A stretch of DNA of 64,000 nucleotides from an uncultured Chloroflexia bacterium (GTDB lineage Bacteria; Chloroflexota; Limnocylindria; Limnocylindrales; CSP1-4): positions 288,001-352,000 of the forward strand of contig CAVVYR010000006.1 in assembly GCA_963752475.1 (NCBI GenBank). Reading direction: 5' to 3'. Of the stretch, positions 10,188-18,956 are shown piece after piece; the first letter of the stretch is position 1; each line of letters opens with the position of its first letter. The notes beneath the pieces were generated by a model. It was not told where the DNA came from, made no database searches, and saw only the letters and a program-made list of their open reading frames with translations. Made by a program: the position numbers and the translations under genes.

Positions 10188-11078
10188 CTACAGCGGCTGG
10201 CTGGCCTCCCACAGGGCATCCTCGAGTTCGTCCACGGTGATGGCGCCTTCGAACTTGGCTCGGACCAGGCCCTCGGCGTCGATGACGATGACGTAGGGCT
10301 CCGTGCGCAGGCCGTAGCGCTCCGTCCAGGGCGCCGACTGCAGCGCGCCGTCGTCCGAGAGCATCGGCTGCAGGTAGCCGTCCTTCTCCCACATGAGGTA
10401 CGGCTCGACATGGACGAAGTTGACGTCATCGGGATGGCTGGCCGCGACCTCCTTGACCTTCTCGATGGTCGGGCCGCAGGTGGCCGTCTGGCAGAAGGCC
10501 GGGGTCACGAACGAGATGACCGCGGACTTGTCGGCTTCGATGGCATCGAGGATCGACAGGTCGTAGAAGCGGGCCACCGGATCGGGGTCGCTGGAGATCC
10601 GCGCCAGGTCGCCGTCGACGTCCGCGGCGGTGGGCGTGTCGATGAGCGGGGCCGGGCTGCCGATGGCCGGGGTCGAACTCTCCTCCCAGACCTGGTAGCG
10701 CTGCGGCGTGAGCTCGGTCGAGCCGTCGGGGAAGGTCACCTGGAAGAGCGTGCCCCACTCCCCGGAGTGGGGGAAGGTGACGTCTGCGGCGTAGAGGCCG
10801 CGCAGGTCCTCGATGGCCCAGATGAAGCGAGAGTCGGCACTGAACACGACCTTCTCGGGGTCGGCTTCGAGGTCGTAGAAGGCCAGCTCTACTTCGACGT
10901 CAGGAGCGGCCAGGAGCCCTCCGGCCCCATCGGTCAAGGTGAAGAGGAAGCGGTTCTCGCCGACCGCGATCTCCGACGAGGCTAGCCGTGCGATGACGCT
11001 GGGGTCCGACTGGGCCGCGGCCGGTGCGGCGGCGAGCGTCAGCAGCAGGGCCGACGTGAGGGCGATCGATCGTTTCAT
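10188..11078 (-). CDS. Secreted thioredoxin-like fold protein (CxxxxC)
   Basis: Signal peptide MKRSIAL...AAA|Q; TPAFCQTATCGP, FVHVEPY, TEPYVIVID. Confidence 0.75.
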   Translation of the reverse strand: MKRSIALTSALLLTLAAAPAAAQSDPSVIARLASSEIAVGENRFLFTLTDGAGGLLAAPDVEVELAFYDLEADPEKVVFSADSRFIWAIEDLRGLYAADVTFPHSGEWGTLFQVTFPDGSTELTPQRYQVWEESSTPAIGSPAPLIDTPTAADVDGDLARISSDPDPVARFYDLSILDAIEADKSAVISFVTPAFCQTATCGPTIEKVKEVAASHPDDVNFVHVEPYLMWEKDGYLQPMLSDDGALQSAPWTERYGLRTEPYVIVIDAEGLVRAKFEGAITVDELEDALWEASQPL

Positions 11079-11189
11079 CGAGGCGAAGCCTACGACGTCC
11101 TCTCGGAACTCGCCGTGCTCGGCCTCACAGGCAAGCCGGCGCGGCGGCAGTGACCGGGGCGCCTCTTCCCCGGTCACTGCCGTCGCCGG

Positions 11190-12596
11190 TCAGTCGACGT
11201 TCACCAGCCGGCTGTGACCAGCGAGCTGAGCCACGGCCTTCTTGAAGACCTCGGAGAGGTCCGTGCTGGCGCCTGACGTCTTGGGAAGGCAGTAGTAGTT
11301 GTCACCGTCGTCGTTCTCGGTGCCGGGGCAGCCGTTGTCGTTGCTCGAGTCGGTGGCCATGGCTGCGAGCAGGTCCGGAGCCGAGTCGTTGACCCAGCTG
11401 CCGGTCGTGTCCTGGCAGATATGGTCCTGCTCGACGTCGAGGCCGAAGCCGACGGTGTAGATCTCGATGCCCTTGTCCTTGGCTGCCTTGGCCGCATCGA
11501 ACGCGTCCTCGCAGTAGTTCCTGGTCGACTTGACCGAGGGCGTGGCCGAGTTGTTGGGCTTGCCATCGCTCAGCAGCAGGATGGCCTTGACCGCGCCATC
11601 GCGGCCATACGTCTCGAGCTCGTGGGTGGCCATGCGCACGGGATCGGCGATGTCGGTGCCCTGGCCGCTGGAGTTGTCGAAGCAGGCGATGGCCTGGGCC
11701 ATGGCGCTGCTGTCGGAGGTGTAGTCGGCCTCGAAGCTGGCGCCCTGGCCGGTGAGCCCGACCGGCACCCACTCACGCAGGCCGCTCGCGGGATCGGTCG
11801 TCCAGCCGTCAGCGTTGTTGGCCTTGGCGGTGCAACCACCCGTGGTCTGGCTGCGATGGAGCAGGCTCAGGCCCATCCACTGCAGGCGGGGGTCGTACTC
11901 CTCGCGCACCGCGTCGGCGGCGGCCCGGGCGTTCTCGGTGTCCACGCCGCTCATCGAACCGGTGCGGTCGAGGATGATGACGAGATCGACGGGGATCTCG
12001 GGTGGCTCGCCGCAGGCGCCCTTGCAGGCAGCCGCGGTGCGGGCGCCCGTGGTGCCCTCGAAGATGCCCAGGACGGGGGCGAAGTTGTAGTCCACGGTGG
12101 CGGGGCTACTGACTACGAGCGTGTTGCAGACGTGGCCCAGATCGGGGTCGCAGGTGGCGTAGGCGGTGTCGCCCTCGACCGTCCACGAGGCACTCGGGCC
12201 CGGGTCGCACACGGTCGGTACGTCGGTCGTGCGGGCGGTGCCGCCCTCCGCGCCGATGAGGCAACGGAAGTCCACCTCCACGTCCGAGTCCGGCAGGCCT
12301 TCGGGGTAGTTGAGCTGGACGTAGTCGCGAGCCGTCTGTTCGGCGGCAGCGGGGTCGTCCTTGAGCAGGCCGACGCCGGCGAGGGCACCCGCGTCGAGCG
12401 CGTTGTAGAGGTCGAAGTTGGCCTTTCGCAGCAGGCCCTGGTCGAGCACGAGGGCCGCGGCGCCCATGATGACCGTGAGGAAGATGGCGAAGATGACGAG
12501 CGCCTGGCCGCCCTGGCGGCTACGAACGCGCTGGCTGCCCTCTTCGGGCGGCCGGTTGGAGATGGTGCCCCTGCGGGCCCAGTAGCGGAAGTTCAC
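11190..12596 (-). CDS. TadG-like pilus-associated protein with vWA domain
   Basis: Prepilin-like GQALVIFA, DAGALAG, MIDAS-like DRTGS, LLSDGKPN, IYTVGFG; Cys-rich; start uncertain. Confidence 0.85.
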   Translation of the reverse strand: MNFRYWARRGTISNRPPEEGSQRVRSRQGGQALVIFAIFLTVIMGAAALVLDQGLLRKANFDLYNALDAGALAGVGLLKDDPAAAEQTARDYVQLNYPEGLPDSDVEVDFRCLIGAEGGTARTTDVPTVCDPGPSASWTVEGDTAYATCDPDLGHVCNTLVVSSPATVDYNFAPVLGIFEGTTGARTAAACKGACGEPPEIPVDLVIILDRTGSMSGVDTENARAAADAVREEYDPRLQWMGLSLLHRSQTTGGCTAKANNADGWTTDPASGLREWVPVGLTGQGASFEADYTSDSSAMAQAIACFDNSSGQGTDIADPVRMATHELETYGRDGAVKAILLLSDGKPNNSATPSVKSTRNYCEDAFDAAKAAKDKGIEIYTVGFGLDVEQDHICQDTTGSWVNDSAPDLLAAMATDSSNDNGCPGTENDDGDNYYCLPKTSGASTDLSEVFKKAVAQLAGHSRLVNVD

Positions 12597-12707
12597 GTCG
12601 ATCGTCCTTCGTGGTGGTGGCGAGCCGGGGAGGAGAGGGCCGGCTCGCCGTGGCGTCGGTTCGCTGCCTCGCGGAGGAACGCCGTGCCGAAGGAGCGGGG
12701 TCGGGAG

Positions 12708-13175
12708 CTACTCGATGCGCATCTTCAATTCCGAGGAGAGCGGGATCTCGGTGCCGAAGAGGACGGGGAAGAAGACCGAGTACTTGTAGTCGACGGTCAC
12801 CTTGGTCGCGTCACCGGGCAGCCACATCGGGTTGGTGCAGTTGGTGAAGCCGCTGCCCGACGGGCGCTCGCAGGTGACGGTCACGTCGAGCTTGCTGGCG
12901 TCGAGGTTGCCGGCCATCTCGCGGACACGGTCCTCGATGGCGTTGGTGTTGCCCGGGTCGATGACGCCGAGTCGGGCACCTTCGCGGGCCGCGTTGACCA
13001 GCGTCAGGTCGGAGTAGATGCCGAGTCCGAAGTCGAACATCCCGGCCACGACGAGGAAGAAGACGGGCAGGATGATGGCGAACTCGACGAGCGCCTGGCC
13101 GCGGCCGCGCTCACGCTTCTGATCGGTTGTGGCAACGACGTCGTCGCGTCGCTCCTGGGCGGTGGTGGCACGCAT
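12708..13175 (-). CDS. TadE-like minor pilin
   Basis: [15 protein letters not shown] and NAAREGAR. Confidence 0.9.
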   Translation of the reverse strand: MRATTAQERRDDVVATTDQKRERGRGQALVEFAIILPVFFLVVAGMFDFGLGIYSDLTLVNAAREGARLGVIDPGNTNAIEDRVREMAGNLDASKLDVTVTCERPSGSGFTNCTNPMWLPGDATKVTVDYKYSVFFPVLFGTEIPLSSELKMRIE

Positions 13176-13266
13176 CGCGTTCCTCCGACTTGCCCCCTGA
13201 GAGAAGGGTGCGCCCTGGCCGGAGGCTTCGCGATGTCGTCTCGCGTCGCCGGAGAGGTTCCAGCCC
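13173..13266 (-). promoter_or_regulatory. Structured tadE leader occluding SD and start codon; riboswitch-like
   Basis: Minus strand CATCGCG-AAG-CCTCCGGC pairs with GTCGGAGG-AA-CGCGATG; GCGA tetraloop stem upstream. Confidence 0.4.
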
Positions 13267-13508
13267 TGACGTCAGGGGGGAGGCAGTACCGAAGTTCTAG
13301 CAGTGAAGTACTAGACCGGGAAGGACCACCAACCGCACAAGAGGGCACTCATTCGCCGAAACGGTGCGCCGGCGAACCGCGCCGACGCCCGATTCCGGGA
13401 TCGAGGACTAGTACTTCTGGTCGGTCTGCGTGTGGTGCCGCATCCGCCGTCGGGTCGCGCATGGCGTGGTGTAGCCGTCAGGGTTCGTGGCGCATCCCCT
13501 CTGTCCCT

Positions 13509-13749
13509 CGCTCGTGGTCAGTCGTCGTTCCAGGCGACGCTAGCGCCTGCTCCGGCCGATTCCCATGGACAGCCGACGCTAGAGTCGACGGTAGGCCGAC
13601 GACGCTGGGCGGATACGCCCTTCGATGCCCCGCCCGGCCGGCCGGCTATGCCCAGTCACCCTCGGGATCCGTGGCCGACGACCACGGGACGCCCTCGGCG
13701 GTGACTACGAGCAGGACATGGGTCGGTGAGGGCGACAGGTGTCCGCAAG
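13509..13749 (-). repeat. 241-bp modular intergenic element, copy 2 (inverted)
   Basis: Reverse complement starts CTTGCGGACACCTGTCGCC and ends TGACCACGAGCG; gapless to copy 1. Confidence 0.85.
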
Positions 13750-13819
13750 AGCGACGCCTGATGGCTGGATCCCTGGTGTCTGGCCGCTCGAGGTTGCGGC
13801 GGGGCCCGTCTGCCGCCCG

Positions 13820-15121
13820 TCAGCGGGCCGCGATGGCCTCGACGGCGTGGGCCAGGACGTCGAGGCCACTGGCCATCGTGGCCTCGTCGATGACGAGGGG
13901 CGGGGAAAGGCGAACGGACTTGTGGCCGCAGCCGAGCACCAGCAGCCCGCGGGTGAAGGCCTCGTACTCCAACGCTTCGGCCTGCTCTGGCGTGGCCAGC
14001 TCCAGCGCCAGCATGAGGCCGATGCCACGGGTGTCGACGACGACGTCGGGGTGCTCTGCGGCGATGCCTCGCAGCGCCGCGAGGCCTTGCTCGCCACGGG
14101 CCACGGCATTGTCCATGATCCCGTCCCGCAGCAACTCGATGGTGGTGATGGCGGCGGCGCAAGCGACGGGGTTGCCGCCGTACGTCGAGCCGTGCGCACC
14201 CTTGCTCCAGGACTCGAGGATGTCGGCCCGCGCGACCATGGCCGCGAGCGGCATGCCTGAGGCGATGCCCTTGGCGCTGAGCAGGATGTCCGGCTCTACG
14301 CCGAAGTGCTCGATGGCCCACATCTTGCCCGTACGGCCGGCGCCCGATTGGATCTCGTCGGCGATGAGCAGGATGCCGTGGCGGTCGCAGAGCTCGCGCA
14401 GGCCGGTGATGAAGCCGGCCTCGGGCACGATGTAGCCACCTTCGCCCTGCACGGGCTCGACGATGACGGCCGCGACCTCTTCGGCAGGCACGATCTTGTC
14501 GAAGAGGACCTCGTCGAACCAGGCCAGGTCAGCCTTGTGGCCGTAGGGCGCGTGGTGGATGCCGTTGACCAGCGGCGCGAGTCCGGCGTGGTATTGAGCC
14601 TTCGAAGCCGTCAGCGTGACCGCGCCCATGGTGCGCCCGTGGAAGCCGCCCAGGAAGGAGACCACGGCGTGGCGTCCGGTGTGCACCCGAGCCAGCTTGA
14701 GCGAGGCCTCCACGACCTCGGCACCGCTGTTGCCCAGATAGACGCGCACCGCGCCGCCGATGGGGGCGGTCTTCGCGATGGCCTCGCACATCTGCGCGTA
14801 GATCGGCGGGTAGAAATCCGAGGCGCTGTAGTGGACCAGCTCATCGGCCTGGTCCTTGATGGCGCCGATCACGGCAGGGTGGGAGTGACCGGTGGAGTTG
14901 ACCGCGATGCCGGCACAGAAGTCCACGAAGATGTTGCCGTCGATGTCCTCGACCTCGGCGCCGCGACCGCGGACCGGGACGAAGGGGTACGCGCGCGGCA
15001 GGCTCGGTGACGAAAGGCTGTGGTCGAACTCCACGTGGGCCCGGGCCTTGGGTCCGGGCACCTCTGTCCTGAGGCGCGGCGCGACCTCTCCGGTGATGTC
15101 AGCGAGCTTGGCCTGCGTCAA
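13820..15121 (-). CDS. Class III PLP aminotransferase (GabT/ArgD-like)
   Basis: SGAE, FHGRT, EPVQGEGG, DEIQSGAGRTG, SAKGIASG, STYGGNP. Confidence 0.92.
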   Translation of the reverse strand: MTQAKLADITGEVAPRLRTEVPGPKARAHVEFDHSLSSPSLPRAYPFVPVRGRGAEVEDIDGNIFVDFCAGIAVNSTGHSHPAVIGAIKDQADELVHYSASDFYPPIYAQMCEAIAKTAPIGGAVRVYLGNSGAEVVEASLKLARVHTGRHAVVSFLGGFHGRTMGAVTLTASKAQYHAGLAPLVNGIHHAPYGHKADLAWFDEVLFDKIVPAEEVAAVIVEPVQGEGGYIVPEAGFITGLRELCDRHGILLIADEIQSGAGRTGKMWAIEHFGVEPDILLSAKGIASGMPLAAMVARADILESWSKGAHGSTYGGNPVACAAAITTIELLRDGIMDNAVARGEQGLAALRGIAAEHPDVVVDTRGIGLMLALELATPEQAEALEYEAFTRGLLVLGCGHKSVRLSPPLVIDEATMASGLDVLAHAVEAIAAR

Positions 15122-15289
15122 TGGTCTCCCTCCAGCGATGGGTCATCCCTCTGAATGCGTTCTATGCATGATGGATAGCGAGTATAGGGCCGCTCTCGGG
15201 GCGCGGGAGGCCGCCTGAGCGATGTCCTCATGAGCGGATGGCGGCGCGATGTGCGGATGGCGGCGCGCTCCCTCGTGCCGCGGGCGCTG

Positions 15290-16864
15290 TCAGTCGACGA
15301 TGGTGTGGGACTGCTCGCGCACGAAGAGGCCCACGTAGTAGGGACCCAGCGCGGACTTGCCGGTGGAGCCCGAGCCCTTCCAGCCGCCGAACGGCTGCAC
15401 GCCCGGCCAAGCCCCGGTCGTGGCGCCGGCTCGGCGGTTGACGTAGAGCACACCCGTGTGGATCTCGTTCAGGAACTGGTCGACCTCCGCCTCGACCTCG
15501 CTGTAGATGCCTGCGGTAAGGCCGTAGACCACGCCGTTCGACAGCTCCAGGGCTTCGTCGAGCGAGTCGACCGGTGCGACCGCGGTGAAGGGCACGAAGA
15601 GCTCGTCGCGGAAGAGCCGGTGGTCCTTGGGCAGGTTGCCCACGACCGTCGGCTCCACGTAGAAGCCACGGGCCATGTCGCCGTCGGTCGGGTTCTCGCC
15701 GCCGGTGAAGACGGTGCCTTCGGCGCGTGCCTCGGCCACGGCCTCGTTGAAGCGATCGACCGCCCGCTGGTCGGTCACCGGGCCCAGGAAGGTGTCGCGC
15801 TCGAGTGGGTCGCCCAGCGTCAGCGCCTCCGTCTTCTCGACCAGCTTCTGCACCAGCTCATCGTGGACCTCGCGCTCGACGTAGACGCGGCTATTGGCCG
15901 AGCACTTCTGGCCGCCGAAGCCGAAGGCCGCGCGCATGATGCCCTCGGCGGCCTTGTCGAGGTCCGCGCTCTTCATCACGATGGCCGGGTTCTTGCCGCC
16001 CATCTCCACGATGCAGGGCCGTGGGTAGGCCTTGGTGAAGCTGCGATGGAGGCCCATGCCGACCTCGTACGAGCCGGTGAAGACGATGCCGTCGAGGTGC
16101 AGGCTGTTGGCCAGCTCGTCACCGACCGATTCGCCGGGGCCCATGACCATGTTGCACACGCCGTCGGGGATGCCCGCGTCGCGCAGGGCCTCCATCAGCA
16201 CCACGCCGCTCATGGCGCCGGTGCTGGCGGGCTTGAAGACGACGGTGTTGCCAGCCACGAGCGCACCACCGACCGGGCCGGCGGCGAGCGCCAGCGGGAA
16301 GTTGAAGGGCGCGATGACGCCGAACACGCCGTACGGCCGCGAGACCGAGCGGGTATGCGTGGCCGGATCACCGAGGTTGTCCATGGGCTTCTCGTAGAAG
16401 CCGTTCTCCTCCGCCATCCTGGCGTAGTAGCGGATGAGGTCGGCCGACTCCTCGACCTCGCCCAGCGCCTCCAGGCGGGTCTTGCCGACCTCGATGGCCA
16501 TGAGTGCGGCGTACTCGTGCACCCGCTCGCTGATGAGGTCGGCGGTCCGGTTCATGAGCTCGACGCGCTTCTCCCAGCCGAGCGCGCCCCAGGCCTGTTG
16601 CGCGGCGCGGGCCGCGGCGATGGCGTCCTGCACGTCCTGCCTGGTGCCCTTGGCGAAGCGGCCGACGAGGATGTCCCCGTCGATGGGGGAGCGCAGCTCG
16701 AACTCACCCTCGCCGGCGCGCTCCTGTCCGTCGATGATGTTGGGGTGTCCGGCGCCGAGCCGGCCACGAGCGGCCACGACGGCTGCCTCGAAGGCCGCGT
16801 GCAGCTCCTCGTTGTCCGCGCGGAGGGTGGCGTAGGTGATCTTGGTGCGCGGTGCGTCGGTCAT
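15290..16864 (-). CDS. Aldehyde dehydrogenase (P5C dehydrogenase-like)
   Basis: PFNFP, FTGS, EMGGKN, GQKCSA, ELFVP, QPFGGWKGSG. Confidence 0.9.
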   Translation of the reverse strand: MTDAPRTKITYATLRADNEELHAAFEAAVVAARGRLGAGHPNIIDGQERAGEGEFELRSPIDGDILVGRFAKGTRQDVQDAIAAARAAQQAWGALGWEKRVELMNRTADLISERVHEYAALMAIEVGKTRLEALGEVEESADLIRYYARMAEENGFYEKPMDNLGDPATHTRSVSRPYGVFGVIAPFNFPLALAAGPVGGALVAGNTVVFKPASTGAMSGVVLMEALRDAGIPDGVCNMVMGPGESVGDELANSLHLDGIVFTGSYEVGMGLHRSFTKAYPRPCIVEMGGKNPAIVMKSADLDKAAEGIMRAAFGFGGQKCSANSRVYVEREVHDELVQKLVEKTEALTLGDPLERDTFLGPVTDQRAVDRFNEAVAEARAEGTVFTGGENPTDGDMARGFYVEPTVVGNLPKDHRLFRDELFVPFTAVAPVDSLDEALELSNGVVYGLTAGIYSEVEAEVDQFLNEIHTGVLYVNRRAGATTGAWPGVQPFGGWKGSGSTGKSALGPYYVGLFVREQSHTIVD

Positions 16865-16962
16865 GATCCTTGGTCTTCCTCGTGGCGTCGCCTTCTCAGC
16901 ATCGATCCGGGCGCGTGGGGGCCGCGTCGATAGGCCGAGTCTACTCTCGCTCCGGCCCTCTG

Positions 16963-16996
16963 AATCAAGACGGCCGCCCCGTCACCGGAGCGGCCG
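16963..16996 (-). terminator. Probable intrinsic terminator after the zinc-ribbon gene
   Basis: Minus strand CGGCCGCTCC-GGTGAC-GGGGCGGCCG followed by TCTTGATT. Confidence 0.5.
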
Positions 16997-17022
16997 CGTG
17001 GCGTCCTGAAGGAGGAGTCGTC

Positions 17023-17388
17023 CTAGGCGGTCTCGGCCTGCTCCGCGTTGCGCGCCTGCACGGTCCGGAAGCAGTCCGAGCAGTAGACCGGCTTGTCCAT
17101 CCGCGGCTTGAAGGGCACCTGCGCAGCGTTGCCGCACTCGGAGCAGATGACCGCGAAGTATTCGCGCGCGGCGCGGTACTCACCGCGCTCGTAGCCGCGC
17201 GGGCCGCCGATGTCGCGGGATTCGTAGCCGCTCGACTCGCGCATCGAGCGCCGGGCTGCCCGGCAGCTGGGGCAACGCTTGGGATCGGACACGAACCCCT
17301 TCTCCGCGTAGAACTCCTGGTCGGCAGCGGAGTGGATGAACTCCACGCTGCAGTCGACACATGTGAGGGATCGATCCGTGTACGACAC
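17023..17388 (-). CDS. Zinc-ribbon / CxxC-x17-CxxC domain protein
   Basis: LTCVDC...QEFYAEKGF...PKRCPSCR and CSECG...VPFKP...PVYCSDCF; AGGAGG RBS. Confidence 0.9.
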   Translation of the reverse strand: MSYTDRSLTCVDCSVEFIHSAADQEFYAEKGFVSDPKRCPSCRAARRSMRESSGYESRDIGGPRGYERGEYRAAREYFAVICSECGNAAQVPFKPRMDKPVYCSDCFRTVQARNAEQAETA

Positions 17389-17775
17389 CTTGGCTGACCT
17401 CCTGGGGCGCGATAGCTTGCATCTTCGGTCCGGCCGACCCCTGCCGGGCAGGCTGAAACAGGAGGGCGTAGGCGTCTGGAGTGCCGGGCGCCGTATGTCC
17501 CAGTTCTGTCCCGAGGTCCCGTTCTGGTGGGGCGCACCGGAATGCTCGAGGGAGGTTACACCGACGCCACGGAACCGGCAACGGCACCCGATTCCGCGCT
17601 CACCCGCTTGCCAGGCCATGGTGCGCGCGCTCCCGCCCGCCGTCGGTACCGAGGGTCCCATGAACGGATCAGGCAGCGTCGGCAGCAGGGTCGGGTGGCA
17701 CAATGGAGCGGTCGTCAGCACGTCGCCCTGCTTGCCGCGAAGCGACGAGAGGGAAAGGGGATCCCCAGCCAGCCC

Positions 17776-18954
17776 ATGCCGTCACTGCTCCATCTTGCGG
17801 ATGTCCATCTCGGTGCGCGTCACGCGGACATGGGCGCGGCTGCGACGGCCCAGCGTGAGCGGCAGGCCGCCGCCTTCGCCCGAGCCATCGATGAGGGCCT
17901 GGAGGCCGGCGTCGACCTGGCCCTCATCTGTGGCGACCTCTTCGACTCCAACGCCCAGCCGCGACGCTCGGTGGAAGCGGCCGCAGCCGAGCTGCGTCGC
18001 CTGACCGACCGCGGGGTGCGCGTGGTCATCATCCCCGGCACCCACGACGTCTACGACAAGCGCTCGATCTATCGTGCCTTCGACCTGCCGGCGATGGCCG
18101 GCCTGGCGCCCGGCAGCGAACGGCTCACGGTGCTCACGCCCGAGCGGCCCGAGCTCCTGCTGCGGGACCTCGACCTCATCATCCATGGCCGAGTCTTCGC
18201 CACCAAGCGTGCCCCACGCAGCCCGCTGGCCGGCTTCGACGTGCGGGCCGACGATCGCGCCCGTTGGAAGGTCGGCATGATCCACGGATCGCGCACCATC
18301 CCTGGCCGGGTCGAGTCCGACGACGTCATCTTCACCGACGATGAGGTCGCCGCGTCCGGTCTCGACTACCTCGCCCTCGGACATTGGCACAGCCACTCAC
18401 GCGGACGGGCGGGTGCGACCACCTGGGCCTACGCCGGGGCGCCGGAGCCCGTCGCGGTGGACCAGGATGGCGCCGGCTCGGTCTGCCTGGTCCGGCTCGA
18501 GGACGGCCCGGGCGACAGCAAGCAGGTGCGTGTCGAAACGGTGCGCGTGGGGCGCACGGTCTTCCGCGCCGAATCGGTCGATGCGGCCGACCTCGAGAGC
18601 CAGGTCGCGCTCGTCGACCAGCTGCAGGTGCTGGCCGACCCCGACCTCGTGCTGGTCGCCAGCGTCGATGGCATCGCACCGGAGTCGCTCGAGCTCGACA
18701 CCGATGAGGTCGAACGGGCGCTCGCAGACGCGTTCCTGCACATCCGGGTGCGCGATCGCTCTGCAGCCGAGCTGGCCCAGGCGCCCGAACTGCCACACGA
18801 CACCGTGGCCGGTGCCTTCGCTGTCGCCCTGCGGGCTCGGATCGCGGAGGCTGAAGCCAGCGGTGACGCCGAGGCCGCGGAGCAGGCACGACGGATCCTG
18901 CGCCTCGGACGCCGGCTGCTGCTCGACGACCCGGACCTGGTGACGCTGCCGTAG
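17776..18954 (+). CDS. SbcD/Mre11-like metallophosphoesterase (YhaO-like)
   Basis: ADVHLG, GDLFD, PGTHD, ALGHWH, YAGAPE. Confidence 0.9.
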   Translation: MPSLLHLADVHLGARHADMGAAATAQRERQAAAFARAIDEGLEAGVDLALICGDLFDSNAQPRRSVEAAAAELRRLTDRGVRVVIIPGTHDVYDKRSIYRAFDLPAMAGLAPGSERLTVLTPERPELLLRDLDLIIHGRVFATKRAPRSPLAGFDVRADDRARWKVGMIHGSRTIPGRVESDDVIFTDDEVAASGLDYLALGHWHSHSRGRAGATTWAYAGAPEPVAVDQDGAGSVCLVRLEDGPGDSKQVRVETVRVGRTVFRAESVDAADLESQVALVDQLQVLADPDLVLVASVDGIAPESLELDTDEVERALADAFLHIRVRDRSAAELAQAPELPHDTVAGAFAVALRARIAEAEASGDAEAAEQARRILRLGRRLLLDDPDLVTLP

Positions 18955-18956
18955 CC

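Noticed and set aside
11421-14435. 1004-aa plus-strand ORF
   Set aside because: Antisense shadow of tadG, tadE and the aminotransferase in GC-rich DNA; no domain motifs.
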